Assembly (NCBI GenBank): GCA_947259395.1 | Contig: CAMYMN010000021.1 | Coordinates: 9,434 to 73,433 of the forward strand | Length of the DNA stretch: 64,000 nucleotides | Source: an uncultured Gammaproteobacteria bacterium | GTDB lineage: Bacteria; Pseudomonadota; Gammaproteobacteria; Arenicellales; JAANXG01 | Direction of reading: 5' to 3' | The notes under the pieces: model-generated | What the model was told of the DNA's origin: nothing | What the model saw: the letters and a program-made list of their open reading frames with translations, nothing else | Databases searched by the model: none | Part shown: positions 1 through 10,113 of the stretch, piece after piece | Layout of the letters: every line of letters starts with the position of its first letter | Position numbering within the stretch: the first letter of the stretch is position 1 | Position numbers and translations under genes: made by a program

Positions 1-2
1 TT

Positions 3-569
3 TTGGCGTTACGCATTGTACAGGTCATCAGCACTTTTTCGCAGGCGCCGTTCTATACCAAACTGCCGCAATTGGCGATGTTACTTTCTCAGGGAAAACA
101 TCGGCAGCAACAAGTCATCGCTAGACGTGGGATGACGCTCTCCTATTGGGCATACGCGGTAGCTTTTGTTGCGATGACGCTATTCGCGGACCCGGTATTG
201 ACGCTGATCGGGAGTAACACGAATTTTGTCGAGCCTGAACTGTGGGCAATCCTCGGATTGGCATTTTTTATCGAACGCTACGGTGCGATGCATCTGAACT
301 TGTACGGTACCACCAACCATATAGTAAACCATATTGCCAATGGTGTTACGGGCGTAATATTCATATTGTTCAGTTGGCTATTGTACGAGAGGCTGGAGGT
401 GCTCGCCTTCCCCGTGGCACTGCTTGCGGGTTTCTTGGGTTTCTACACCTGGTACTCGGCAATGCATTCCTATAGGATGTTTAACATACCTATCTGGCAG
501 TTCGAGAAGATAACCGTCTTGCCACCCCTCTGCGTTATGCTACTCTTTTCCGCGTGGTCGCTATCGTAG
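3..569 (+). CDS. Integral membrane protein, 5'-truncated at window edge; possibly the C-terminal part of a polysaccharide/O-antigen flippase (Wzx/MOP-like)
   Basis: ORF is open to the window start. It has several hydrophobic helices (GVTGVIFILFSWLLY, AFPVALLAGFLGFYTWY). It lies directly upstream of glycosyltransferase-type genes. The family assignment is contextual only. Confidence 0.4.
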   Translation: MALRIVQVISTFSQAPFYTKLPQLAMLLSQGKHRQQQVIARRGMTLSYWAYAVAFVAMTLFADPVLTLIGSNTNFVEPELWAILGLAFFIERYGAMHLNLYGTTNHIVNHIANGVTGVIFILFSWLLYERLEVLAFPVALLAGFLGFYTWYSAMHSYRMFNIPIWQFEKITVLPPLCVMLLFSAWSLS

Positions 570-591
570 CGGATCAAAAGAAAACGAGACA

Positions 592-1371
592 ATGATCGAA
601 ACTAACAATCCCTATCGATCCGCGTTACGTCTTCTTAGACATAGACTGCTTTGGGATTTACGCCCTGAATCATGGCGTTCACGCCGCAAGATCCGGGCAT
701 GGAAGGACCGATTGAGCGGGCGGAAGGCGGTCGTTCTCTGTAACGGGCCAAGTCTGCTCGAGAGCGATTTGTCGTTGCTGGCAGGAACATTCTGCTTTGG
801 CTTGAACAAGATAAACCTCCTTTTCGACAAGGTCGATTTTCGTCCCTCTTGCATAGTCGCCGTGAATCCCTACGTCTTAGAGCAAAACGCGGGGTTCTAT
901 AATCAGACGGATTTGCCGTTATTTCTCGGTCAAAGCGCTGTTAAAAGCGTTTCAGCGAGGGAGCATGTTTGCTTTCTACATACCGTGTGTGAGCGTGGAT
1001 TTTCTGGCGATTGCTCAATAAGCGTAGACCAGGGCCACACGGTGACATTCGTGGCCCTGCAATTGGCGTACCATATGGGTTTCCAGGATGTGGCGCTCAT
1101 CGGTTGCGATCACAATTTCGCGGTCCAAGGCACTCCCAATGAGGTGGTCGTTTCCGGTGAAGTGGACGCTAGCCATTTTGATCCGAATTATTTTGCCGGT
1201 GGTAGGAAATGGCAGCTGCCGGATCTGCCGCAAAGCGAGGTATCCTACATTCTGGCGGGACAGGCATTTAATGTGGCGGGTCGGCGTGTCGTGAATGCTA
1301 CGGAGGGCGGGAACTTGGAGATATTTCCGAGAGTCTCCTTGACAGATTTCGTTGCCAGCTCGCCTGAGTAA
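592..1371 (+). CDS. DUF115 / MptE-like (Maf-type) protein, putative sugar or nonulosonic-acid transferase
   Basis: 259 aa with VVLCNGPSL and IGCDHNF motifs that I recognise from the DUF115/MptE-like family. It starts 22 nt after the upstream membrane ORF. Confidence 0.5.
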   Translation: MIETNNPYRSALRLLRHRLLWDLRPESWRSRRKIRAWKDRLSGRKAVVLCNGPSLLESDLSLLAGTFCFGLNKINLLFDKVDFRPSCIVAVNPYVLEQNAGFYNQTDLPLFLGQSAVKSVSAREHVCFLHTVCERGFSGDCSISVDQGHTVTFVALQLAYHMGFQDVALIGCDHNFAVQGTPNEVVVSGEVDASHFDPNYFAGGRKWQLPDLPQSEVSYILAGQAFNVAGRRVVNATEGGNLEIFPRVSLTDFVASSPE

Positions 1372-1548
1372 CGTAGATTCCAACCACTGCGACGGCGGGC
1401 CATCGTTCCACCAGCTGCGTCACGCCGATGAAAACAATTTGCCAACCAACAGACCGGAAGTATTACGTGCTGGCGCCGATCATTTGAATCAAAAGACATA
1501 AATCAAGACAATGCTAAAAATACTTGACCTGCGACCCATCGGTCCGAT

Positions 1549-2595
1549 GTGCAATTCCTTTGGGATTCCGGTCATTGTAAGCATTCAGATCTGGCCAGCC
1601 AGTTAACGATGATCGGTACGCCGGATTCGTCCAACCCCTATCTTTCCCGGCTTAAACCCGAGGGGCACGCGGCAAACTTGGACGGTTTTCAACCAGTGTT
1701 TCTGTTGCCGGATACACCTGAGCGGAAGACCGGAGGGCTGAGAATCCGCGGATTATACAAGCATACATTACCCGAATTTCCCTTGTTCAGCATCGTTACC
1801 ATCGTGCTCAATGGTGAAAAATATTTAGAACAAACCATCCAAAGCGTACTGGGACAGAGCTACAAAAATGTAGAGTACCTAATTATAGATGGCGGTTCGA
1901 CCGATGGTACTTTGGACATAATAAACAAGTACGAAGACAGGATTGATTACTGGGTCAGCGAACCGGATCAAGGAATCGCGGATGGTTTCAACAAGGGTAT
2001 ATTGTTGTCTACCGGGGATATCATAGGATTGATCAATTCGGACGATTGGTATGAGTCTGATGCGCTAAAAACGGTCCATGAAGCAATGAACGGTCATGAC
2101 ATTGTGCACGGTCCCATAAAGGTGTGGCGAGATTCGGAGGAGTGGCGCATCGTCGAGAGCACCTTGGACGGATTGTCCCGTTTGATGACCGTAAATCACC
2201 CATCGTGTTTCGTAAAGAGAGGCGTGTACCAGGATCTAGGTCTGTTTGATACCCGATTAAGTATCGCGGTGGATTACGATTTTATACTACGATGTCGCCG
2301 GTATGGAAAACGGTTCGAGACGACAGGCGACGTGGTCGTTGCCAACATGAGAGTTGGCGGTGTGTCGGAAAAATACTTTAAGTCGTTCCGCGAGATCAGG
2401 CGGGCTAAGATAAATAACGGATTGGGATTCTGGAAATCGACGCTGTTTTTTCTGCTGCAGATTGCGGCAAAGCTGGTCAGGATCACACTGACTCGATTAG
2501 GTGTCGACGTCGACAGGTTGTATGCTGTTTCAATAAGGAAGAGGGGGTCCGCAAGTGGACCAAAATGGAGAAACACGACCAGGGGTGATGATTGA
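1549..2595 (+). CDS. Family 2 glycosyltransferase
   Basis: Contains FSIVTIVLNGEKYLEQTIQSVLGQSYKNVEYLIIDGGSTDGT and a downstream NSDDW acidic motif, typical of a GT2 fold. The start is uncertain: ATG 1609 is an alternative. Confidence 0.8.
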   Translation: MQFLWDSGHCKHSDLASQLTMIGTPDSSNPYLSRLKPEGHAANLDGFQPVFLLPDTPERKTGGLRIRGLYKHTLPEFPLFSIVTIVLNGEKYLEQTIQSVLGQSYKNVEYLIIDGGSTDGTLDIINKYEDRIDYWVSEPDQGIADGFNKGILLSTGDIIGLINSDDWYESDALKTVHEAMNGHDIVHGPIKVWRDSEEWRIVESTLDGLSRLMTVNHPSCFVKRGVYQDLGLFDTRLSIAVDYDFILRCRRYGKRFETTGDVVVANMRVGGVSEKYFKSFREIRRAKINNGLGFWKSTLFFLLQIAAKLVRITLTRLGVDVDRLYAVSIRKRGSASGPKWRNTTRGDD

Positions 2596-2923
2596 TAACG
2601 AGAGTTAATTATGTCTATCGGGCTTTCGTCTGACGAAATGCGTTGGGAAATCCAATACTACCGCGAACTAGCACATCGGATCAGTCCGTAATATGGCGAT
2701 TAATACAGACAGTGATTGGCCCGCGCACGTCATGCCCAGGTATGGGGCTTTTCCGTGGGTTAGGGGGCAGTGTCATGCTCAATGATCGAAACCCCGCTTG
2801 TGTACCTTCCTTCACCCACGGGCCCACAATTCCCTGTGCACCGTAGGATGTATCTTCGCCTTGTCTACCGCTCCGGCGAGGCTTTGCAGTAACATAATAC
2901 GTTCAAGTCATTGGGAGCGATCA

Positions 2924-5347
2924 ATGGAAGATTTCGAAAAGCTTGGCGCATTTTATCTGGGTAAGGCCTACGATCTAGACAAAGACAAGCTCACGGAAGA
3001 GTTGGTTCTGTATGATTCAAAGGACCTTACCACCCACGCGGTCATCATCGGTATGACCGGCAGCGGCAAGACCGGCCTTGGGATTGGACTTCTAGAAGAG
3101 GCTGCCATCGACAAGATTCCGGTGATTGCGATTGATCCGAAGGGTGACCTGGGGAACATTTTGCTGAGCTTTCCCGGCCTCAACGGCAAGGATTTCGAAC
3201 CTTGGGTTAATCCACAGGAGGCGGCGAAGGATGGAAACACCGTCGCGCAGTATGGCGAGAACCAGGCCCGGTTGTGGAAGAAAGGCTTGGCACAGTGGGG
3301 GCAGACCCCAGACCGGATCCAGCGGTTGCGCGACAGCGTGGACATGGCGATCTACACGCCCGGTAGTTCGGCCGGTCTGCCGATTTCGGTATTGCGATCA
3401 TTCACCGCTCCGCCCGCGGAGATCAGGGAAGACCGGGACCTATATCGCGAGCGCATTCTATCCACGGCAACCAGTATTCTTGCGCTGCTCGATATCGAGG
3501 GCGACCCGCTCACCAGCCGCGAGCATATCTTGATCGCAAACATCCTCCAACATCGCTGGGACGATACTCAGGATCTCGACCTGCCGGGCTTGATCGCGGC
3601 CATCCAGATGCCTCCGATTGCGCGTGTCGGGGTCATGGACATCGATTCGTTCTTTCCGCCCAAAGAGCGGGTAGCGCTGGCAATGCGTATCAACAACCTG
3701 CTGGCGGCACCGGGTTTCGAGGTGTGGATGGAAGGCGAGCCGATGGAAGCGGGGCGTCTGCTTTATACCGGCGCCGGTCAACCCCGGGTTTCAGTGGTTT
3801 CTATCGCTCACTTATCGGATTCGGAGCGTATGTTCTTCGTTACCATGCTGCTCAACGAAGTGATTAGTTGGATGCGGCGCCAGCCGGGTACCGGGAGCCT
3901 GCGGGCGATCCTTTACATGGATGAGATTTTTGGCTATCTCCCTCCGATCGCCAATCCGCCGTCAAAAACGCTGTTTCTGACATTGCTCAAACAAGCGCGT
4001 GCCTATGGCGTTGGTCTAGTGCTGGCGACCCAGAATCCGGTCGACCTCGACTACAAGGGCCTATCCAATACCGGAACATGGTTTATCGGCCGGCTTCAGA
4101 CTGAGCGCGATAAGGCACGGGTCATGGAGGGATTGGAGGGCGTGTCTTCCGGGCAAGAATTCGATAAACAAAAAATGGAGCGTATCCTCGCAGGATTGGG
4201 TAAGCGGCGTTTCTTGTTGCACAACGTCCACGAGACCGCGCCCGCTGTTTTCAGTACCCGGTGGGTGATGTCGTATCTTTCCGGACCCTTAACGCGCGAC
4301 CAGATCAAAAACATTATGGCCGGCCGCACTGCCGACGTTATAACGGCGCCGGAACCTTCGCCGTCAGAACCAGCAAAGCTGGCGGGTGGTCAATCCAATC
4401 CACCGATTCTCTCGCCGTCGGTGCCGCAGTATTACTTACCGGTTCTGCGCAGGAGCAAGGATGATGCGAGCTTGATTTATCATGCCCAGCTAATAGGGGC
4501 TGCTGATGTGGGTTATTCGAGCGCACGTTATAAAGTCAATACCGAACGCCGCATCGTCGCGTTGACCGAGATCGTAGATGATCCGGTACCCGTGGACTGG
4601 GAGGATGGGGAGGTCGTAGAACTGGATCCTGACCAACTCGAGCGGTCCGGTGTTGAAGAGGCAGTGTACGGGGAGATCGCGACGGTAGCGATGAATGAGA
4701 AGAACTATGGCGACTGGAAGAAGTTGTTCATAAATTGGGTTCGTAATGCCCATGCGTTAGCGTTGTATAAAAGCCCAACCTTCAAGGCGTTATCTGAAGC
4801 GGGTGAGTCGGAGGGCGATTTCCGCGCCCGGCTTCAGGTGGTGGCGCATGAACAGCGTGATATTGCTATTGGAAAGCTGCGCAAAAAGTATGATGCCAAG
4901 GTCACGAGGTTGGAGAACCGATTGATGCGCGCGCAACAACGTATCGAAACCGAGGAGGCACAATCGAAGCAGACTAAGTTGGACACCGCGATTGCGGTTG
5001 GTGCGGCGGTTCTGGGTGCCTTTTTGGGACGCAAGAGGGTGTCGACGACCACCGCGACTAGGGTCGGGTCGGCGGTAAAGCGCGCGGGTAGGTTGAGCAA
5101 AGAAACCGGGGATGTCGAGCGTGCGCAGCAAACGGCGGAGGCAGTTCGCCAGCAACTCCAAGAACTCAACCAGGAGTTCGAAAATGAATTAGCGGATCTC
5201 GAAACCTCCTTCGATGCGCAAGCTGAAGAACTGGACGAGATTACCATCAAGCCAAAAACAGCCGATGTACATGTTCATTTGCTCGGTGTTGCTTGGGTGC
5301 CCTACTACCGATCGCCGGACGGTAAGCTGACGCGCGCTTGGCGTTGA
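2924..5347 (+). CDS. HerA/FtsK-superfamily P-loop NTPase (DUF87/DUF853-like) with C-terminal coiled coil and hydrophobic segment
   Basis: Walker A GMTGSGKTG is followed by VIAIDPKGDL. Walker B-like ILYMDEIF and LVLATQNPVDLD are present. The C-terminal ~200 aa are heptad-rich with the hydrophobic stretch AIAVGAAVLGAFLG. Start placed at ATG 2924 (MEDFEKL), preceded by a GGGAG Shine-Dalgarno sequence, rather than the ORF-track start at 2798. Confidence 0.7.
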   Translation: MEDFEKLGAFYLGKAYDLDKDKLTEELVLYDSKDLTTHAVIIGMTGSGKTGLGIGLLEEAAIDKIPVIAIDPKGDLGNILLSFPGLNGKDFEPWVNPQEAAKDGNTVAQYGENQARLWKKGLAQWGQTPDRIQRLRDSVDMAIYTPGSSAGLPISVLRSFTAPPAEIREDRDLYRERILSTATSILALLDIEGDPLTSREHILIANILQHRWDDTQDLDLPGLIAAIQMPPIARVGVMDIDSFFPPKERVALAMRINNLLAAPGFEVWMEGEPMEAGRLLYTGAGQPRVSVVSIAHLSDSERMFFVTMLLNEVISWMRRQPGTGSLRAILYMDEIFGYLPPIANPPSKTLFLTLLKQARAYGVGLVLATQNPVDLDYKGLSNTGTWFIGRLQTERDKARVMEGLEGVSSGQEFDKQKMERILAGLGKRRFLLHNVHETAPAVFSTRWVMSYLSGPLTRDQIKNIMAGRTADVITAPEPSPSEPAKLAGGQSNPPILSPSVPQYYLPVLRRSKDDASLIYHAQLIGAADVGYSSARYKVNTERRIVALTEIVDDPVPVDWEDGEVVELDPDQLERSGVEEAVYGEIATVAMNEKNYGDWKKLFINWVRNAHALALYKSPTFKALSEAGESEGDFRARLQVVAHEQRDIAIGKLRKKYDAKVTRLENRLMRAQQRIETEEAQSKQTKLDTAIAVGAAVLGAFLGRKRVSTTTATRVGSAVKRAGRLSKETGDVERAQQTAEAVRQQLQELNQEFENELADLETSFDAQAEELDEITIKPKTADVHVHLLGVAWVPYYRSPDGKLTRAWR

Positions 5348-5532
5348 GACGACGGGAATGCCGCGAAACAACGTCATGAGGGATTTTCCTTTCGCACGCC
5401 GGTCTAATTGTCGGTCGCCCCACTAAGGCGAGGCTTATCGGTATCGGACCGGCGCCGGCGGCGCAAAATGTTGTGGTGCAACAATGGATTGTGTTATGTT
5501 GCGGTGCACCATTAGCTGACACGAATAACGCG

Positions 5533-7728
5533 ATGAGCAAGCAACGAGACGTGACTTACATCGATAGCGGCGGTTTGAAGGTTGCGGCACCGCTTTATGA
5601 GCTGATCGCCAACGAGATTGCACCCAGATCGGGCATCGAACCTGATGAGTTTTGGTCATCGCTAAGTGACATCGTGCGTCAACTGGGTCCCAAGAATCGC
5701 CGACTACTCTCAAGGCGAGACGCGCTGCAGACAAAGATCGACGCCTGGCACCTGGCGCAAAAGGGGCGAGCTTGGGATGCCGGCGCGCAAAAGCAGTTTC
5801 TTTTGGAAATCGATTACATGGTTCCGGAAGGACCCGGCTTCAAAATTAATGTCGAAAACGTGGACGACGAGATCGCGAAGATAGCCGGTCCGCAGTTGGT
5901 GGTGCCGCTGGATAATGCACGGTACGCATTGAATGCGGCTAACGCGCGCTGGGGCAGCCTTTACGATGCATTATATGGCACCAACGTTATCGACGATTCC
6001 GGAGGCGCCGATAAGCAAGATACCTATAATCCCGTACGCGGTCGCAAGGTCGTTGATTACGCCAAGGCTTTCTTGGACGAGGCGGTAGCACTCGCGACGG
6101 GTCAATACAGCGAAGTTACTGAATTCAAGTTGATCGATCTGGATGAGCGCAAACAACTGGCTATTGTTCTGAAAGACGGTACGCAAACCAGCCTGGCCGA
6201 CAGCACGAAGTTCGCTGGCTATATTGAGACGGATGGAAAGTTAGCCAGCGTCTTGTTGCAAAACAATAGCCTGCATATCGACATACAGATTGATCGAAAC
6301 AACGACGTCGGAAAAGACGATCCCGCTGGAATCAAGGACATCATCATCGAATCGGCGGTGACCACGATCCAGGATCTAGAAGACGCGATTTCAGCGGTAG
6401 ATGTCGAAGACAAGGTGCGCGCCTACCGCAATTGGCTGGGCATCATGAAAGGCGACCTCGAGGCTGATTTCGAAAAAGAGGGTGAAATTGTCCATCGTGA
6501 ACTCAATCCAGACCGAAAATTTACCGATCCGAACGGCGCTACGATCAGCTTACCCGGACGCAGTCTGCTGTTGATTCGTAACGTCGGTCTGCATATGTAT
6601 ACCGATGCGGTAATCACTGCGGAAGGCGACGAAATCCCCGAGGGATTCCTCGATGCCATGGTGTCGGTGCTGACCGCCGTTCATGACCTCAAAGGACAGG
6701 GCAAGTATCGCAACAGCCGAAAAGGCAGTATCTATATCGTGAAACCAAAACTGCACGGTCCGGAGGAAGTGGCAGCAACTACAGAACTCTTCGGCCGGGT
6801 AGAGGACGCACTGGGGCTTGACCGCAACACGATCAAGATCGGCATCATGGATGAAGAGCGGCGCACGACGGTGAATCTGAAAGAATGCATCCGGGCCGCG
6901 AAAGAACGCGTGATCTTCATCAATACCGGATTTCTCGATCGTACCGGCGATGAGATACACACCGCGATGGAGGCAGGGCCGATGATGCCCAAACCGGAGA
7001 TCAAGAGCGCCCCATGGATCTTTGCCTATGAAGATTGGAATGTAGACGTTGGCATCGAATGTGGCCTGCCCGGCCACGCGCAGATCGGTAAAGGTATGTG
7101 GGCGGCGCCGGACGAAATGAAGGCCATGGTTGAAACCAAGATCGGCCACCCCAAAGCCGGGGCCAACACCGCCTGGGTCCCGTCACCCACGGCCGCGACG
7201 CTGCACGGAATCCACTACCACAAGGAAGACGTGTTCGAACGTCAACACGAGCTGGCGGGCCGCACACGAGCCAGCCTCGATGACATCTTGACCCCCCCGC
7301 TACTGGGGGCCCGATCATTGTCGGAGGTGGAGATTCAGAGGGAACTGGATAACAACACGCAAAGTATTCTCGGCTATGTGGTGCGCTGGATTGATCAGGG
7401 TGTTGGTTGTTCCAAGGTGCCCGATAACAATGATGTGGCCCTCATGGAAGATCGAGCTACATTGCGGATCTCCAGTCAGCATATCGCAAATTGGTTGCAT
7501 CACGCGGTGATCACAACAGACCAGGTCTTGGAGGCGATGAAAAAAATGGCGGTGGTCGTAGACCGGCAGAACCGCGGCGATCCACATTACCGCAACCTGA
7601 CCGATGGTTACGATAACGCAGCATATCAAGGGGCTTTGGATCTAGTATTAAAAGGCCGCGATGAAGCTAACGGGTACACAGAGCCGGTGTTACACGCAAG
7701 GAGGCGCGAGACCAAGATGAGGCGTTGA
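5533..7728 (+). CDS. glcB: Malate synthase G
   Basis: ~731 aa from ATG 5533 ([25 protein letters not shown]...). Length and sequence along the whole protein are characteristic of the G-type malate synthase. Confidence 0.9.
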   Translation: MSKQRDVTYIDSGGLKVAAPLYELIANEIAPRSGIEPDEFWSSLSDIVRQLGPKNRRLLSRRDALQTKIDAWHLAQKGRAWDAGAQKQFLLEIDYMVPEGPGFKINVENVDDEIAKIAGPQLVVPLDNARYALNAANARWGSLYDALYGTNVIDDSGGADKQDTYNPVRGRKVVDYAKAFLDEAVALATGQYSEVTEFKLIDLDERKQLAIVLKDGTQTSLADSTKFAGYIETDGKLASVLLQNNSLHIDIQIDRNNDVGKDDPAGIKDIIIESAVTTIQDLEDAISAVDVEDKVRAYRNWLGIMKGDLEADFEKEGEIVHRELNPDRKFTDPNGATISLPGRSLLLIRNVGLHMYTDAVITAEGDEIPEGFLDAMVSVLTAVHDLKGQGKYRNSRKGSIYIVKPKLHGPEEVAATTELFGRVEDALGLDRNTIKIGIMDEERRTTVNLKECIRAAKERVIFINTGFLDRTGDEIHTAMEAGPMMPKPEIKSAPWIFAYEDWNVDVGIECGLPGHAQIGKGMWAAPDEMKAMVETKIGHPKAGANTAWVPSPTAATLHGIHYHKEDVFERQHELAGRTRASLDDILTPPLLGARSLSEVEIQRELDNNTQSILGYVVRWIDQGVGCSKVPDNNDVALMEDRATLRISSQHIANWLHHAVITTDQVLEAMKKMAVVVDRQNRGDPHYRNLTDGYDNAAYQGALDLVLKGRDEANGYTEPVLHARRRETKMRR

Positions 7729-8519
7729 CGCGCCTGCACGAGATGCAGGCGAATTCTCTCGTGTTGTCGGACGTAAGCAGATACGAAGCGTTATCTCGTC
7801 TGATCTCCGCGATGGCGCTCTCGTTAGTGGCCCACCTGGCGTTGTTTGGTTTTTTATTATGGATGGTTTCTCCTTACTGGGGAGCGTCACCAAAACGCAC
7901 CACTTCTTCGATACTCACCGTAAAAGTGGCGCCCTACTTCCCCGATTCGCCGCCAAAGATTGGAGAAGGTCGCCTCGAAAAACCCCGGAAAATAACGCCA
8001 CAGGTGATGCAGGTCGAGACGACGCCCGATGTGTCGACTGTCAAACGCCGATCCCGCTCTATCGGTCAAAACAAATCGATTGGAAACGAGGCGGTAACAC
8101 CGGCTGCGCCATCGAAATACGGCCGAGAAATCAGCTCCCTGCAGGCGGGGGTGCCTGACACCGCCGGCGATACATCGGCAACGCGGCAGATGGCGGTAAC
8201 GTCGCGGTTCACACCAAGTGAAATGGTGCGCGAAAAAAGTTATTTAGCAGACTTATACGCTGCGATAGCTGGACATAAATTCTACCCCGAACAGGCTCGG
8301 CGTGAAGGGCGTGAGGGACGCGTCGTAATCAGCGTCACGATTCGCCGCGACGGCGAATTCACGAACGTCACCGTCGTGGAACCGTCAGGTTCTCGTTTGT
8401 TGGATCGCGCAGCCTCTAAAGCTGTGCGCCGATTAGGAAGATTTCGGCCGTTCTCGAATCAGATCGAGGATTCGGCGTTGACAACACAGATCGCGTTTAC
8501 GTACCAATTAGAAAACTGA
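7725..8519 (+). CDS. TonB-family protein (N-terminal TM anchor, C-terminal TonB_C domain)
   Basis: TM helix [15 protein letters not shown]. The C-terminus [48 protein letters not shown] is typical of TonB C-terminal domains. TTG 7725 overlaps the glcB stop; ATG 7743 is an alternative start. Confidence 0.65.
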   Translation: MTRLHEMQANSLVLSDVSRYEALSRLISAMALSLVAHLALFGFLLWMVSPYWGASPKRTTSSILTVKVAPYFPDSPPKIGEGRLEKPRKITPQVMQVETTPDVSTVKRRSRSIGQNKSIGNEAVTPAAPSKYGREISSLQAGVPDTAGDTSATRQMAVTSRFTPSEMVREKSYLADLYAAIAGHKFYPEQARREGREGRVVISVTIRRDGEFTNVTVVEPSGSRLLDRAASKAVRRLGRFRPFSNQIEDSALTTQIAFTYQLEN

Positions 8520-8798
8520 CCCGCATATTGCATTGAGAACGCCGGATGAAGGGCAGGAATGGGGTTGGACGCGGTGGGGCGATCAACAATGGGGTCAGGG
8601 TGTGTGACTGTGACCCCCATTTTTCCTGAGTAAGACGCAAGTTCAGACAGTCACGATCGAGCCGGCGCCGGGATAGCCCCGCTCCTATTCATGATACACC
8701 ACGGAGACCCGCGGGGATTCGTCCAGGAAATGGCAATAGTCGACGCGCCGGGTTGTCTGGAAATAATAGTGTCGGGTGTATCAGCGCAATATGCGGGT
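8519..8798. repeat. Intergenic repeat element bounded by 13-bp inverted termini (ACCCGCATATTGC / GCAATATGCGGGT)
   Basis: Left arm at 8519-8531 and its exact reverse complement at 8786-8798. The termini match the 22-bp TIR of the element at 28709-28997. The right ~125 bp align by eye to the element at 52738-52881 in opposite orientation. Confidence 0.7.
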
Positions 8799-8810
8799 TG
8801 CCCACTCGAT

Positions 8811-9611
8811 CTAATTTTTCGGCGCATGGAGTGGTATTTTTTGTCCTAGCGCAGAACCAATAACGCGGCCATCAAACCGCTGTTTCATGGTTTTGGTGAC
8901 TGCGTGGTCAACGCTGCAGTGACCTGGGCTAACTTGTGACACTCGTAACCGGTTTAGCTCTTCGGCGACTTTTTCAGTATCTCGTACTCCTCTAAATTTC
9001 AGTCTCGCGCCACCGGTATAGTGAAATATTTCACGTCCGGACACCGCAGCCGCTTTCTCTATAATTTTTGCGACCCCGGTGTGTGAACAAGCTGTTAACA
9101 CATAGGGTCCTTGCGCAGTGTTGATGAGCATGGACAACTCATCGCTAATTCCAACCGTCGGGATGTCGGTGTGGGTCCTGAGCACGAATAGATTCGCGGA
9201 AATCTTATCTACATCCGTGATTTGCTGAACCGGGTAACCATCGATCGCTTGCGCCGGTGGCGCATATACTTTTATCGCCGGATTTGATTTTCGTATATAC
9301 GAGATTCCACCGACGTGATCAGGGTGATTATGAGATATCACTAATACGTCGATCGATTTTGGGTCGATTGCTGCCGCCCTCAGATTATGCTGAAGGGTCT
9401 TGGGTGTGGCGCCAGTGTCAAACAGAACATCGGTGCCGTCATAGCGGATATACACTGCATATCCGAATTCGGGTTGGAAACCCTCCTCGACGGTGGGGGT
9501 AACATCCGTAATAACCTGATAGTAGTTCGTAGGCGTTGCAGGCTCTCCCCATGCGTGCGAGGTCATCGCAAACGTTACGAGCGCGAATACATAGCGATAA
9601 ATTGCGGTCAC
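8811..9611 (-). CDS. Secreted metallo-beta-lactamase-fold hydrolase
   Basis: HNHPDH (HxHxDH) zinc motif and an N-terminal signal-like peptide MTAIYRYVFALVTFAMTSHAWG. Confidence 0.75.
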   Translation of the reverse strand: MTAIYRYVFALVTFAMTSHAWGEPATPTNYYQVITDVTPTVEEGFQPEFGYAVYIRYDGTDVLFDTGATPKTLQHNLRAAAIDPKSIDVLVISHNHPDHVGGISYIRKSNPAIKVYAPPAQAIDGYPVQQITDVDKISANLFVLRTHTDIPTVGISDELSMLINTAQGPYVLTACSHTGVAKIIEKAAAVSGREIFHYTGGARLKFRGVRDTEKVAEELNRLRVSQVSPGHCSVDHAVTKTMKQRFDGRVIGSALGQKIPLHAPKN

Positions 9612-10113
9612 GGGATCGACTCTTCCAGCATACAGTTCCTTTGAATCTGGTCGCCGGAGAAAGTTCGATCCTCAAACCGTATCGCCCGCGGGTGGTAACG
9701 CGGCTAACCAACTTAGGCATGCAGGTGCAGCTAATTTCCGGAACTTGCGCCATCATCCGGAGCATGCGGGAGAAATGCCACATGGTGCCGGTTCCAGCTG
9801 CGCAATTTCGGCCATACACAACACTCCGCGATGAGTGATTGGTTTCGCGATCAAGCTCTAACCGGGTTCCGAGGATACACACGGCGCGCCAGGATTTTCA
9901 CGCTGGCAACACGTAATTCGGGTTAGGATCCGATTCGCGTATGATGTTGAGGGTCGTGAGTCTATTTCAAATGTGTCGGGATGCGCGCAAAATATTGCTT
10001 GATCATCGGTGCGGCGTCAGGGTACCTGTTGCGCGAGATCGAAGTTGAGAGCATCGATGCCGGTAGGGTATGTGACCGTTAAGCGCCGAAAAATGTGATA
10101 TGCACATGAGCCG

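Noticed and set aside
2798-2923. N-terminal extension of the HerA-like ORF given by the ORF track (849 aa)
   Set aside because: The extension is Cys/His/Ser-rich and non-homologous-looking. ATG 2924 has a GGGAG ribosome-binding site, and the conserved ATPase N-terminus begins there.
6550-7149. 199-aa minus-strand ORF inside glcB
   Set aside because: It is antisense to an unambiguous malate synthase G reading frame and has no motifs.
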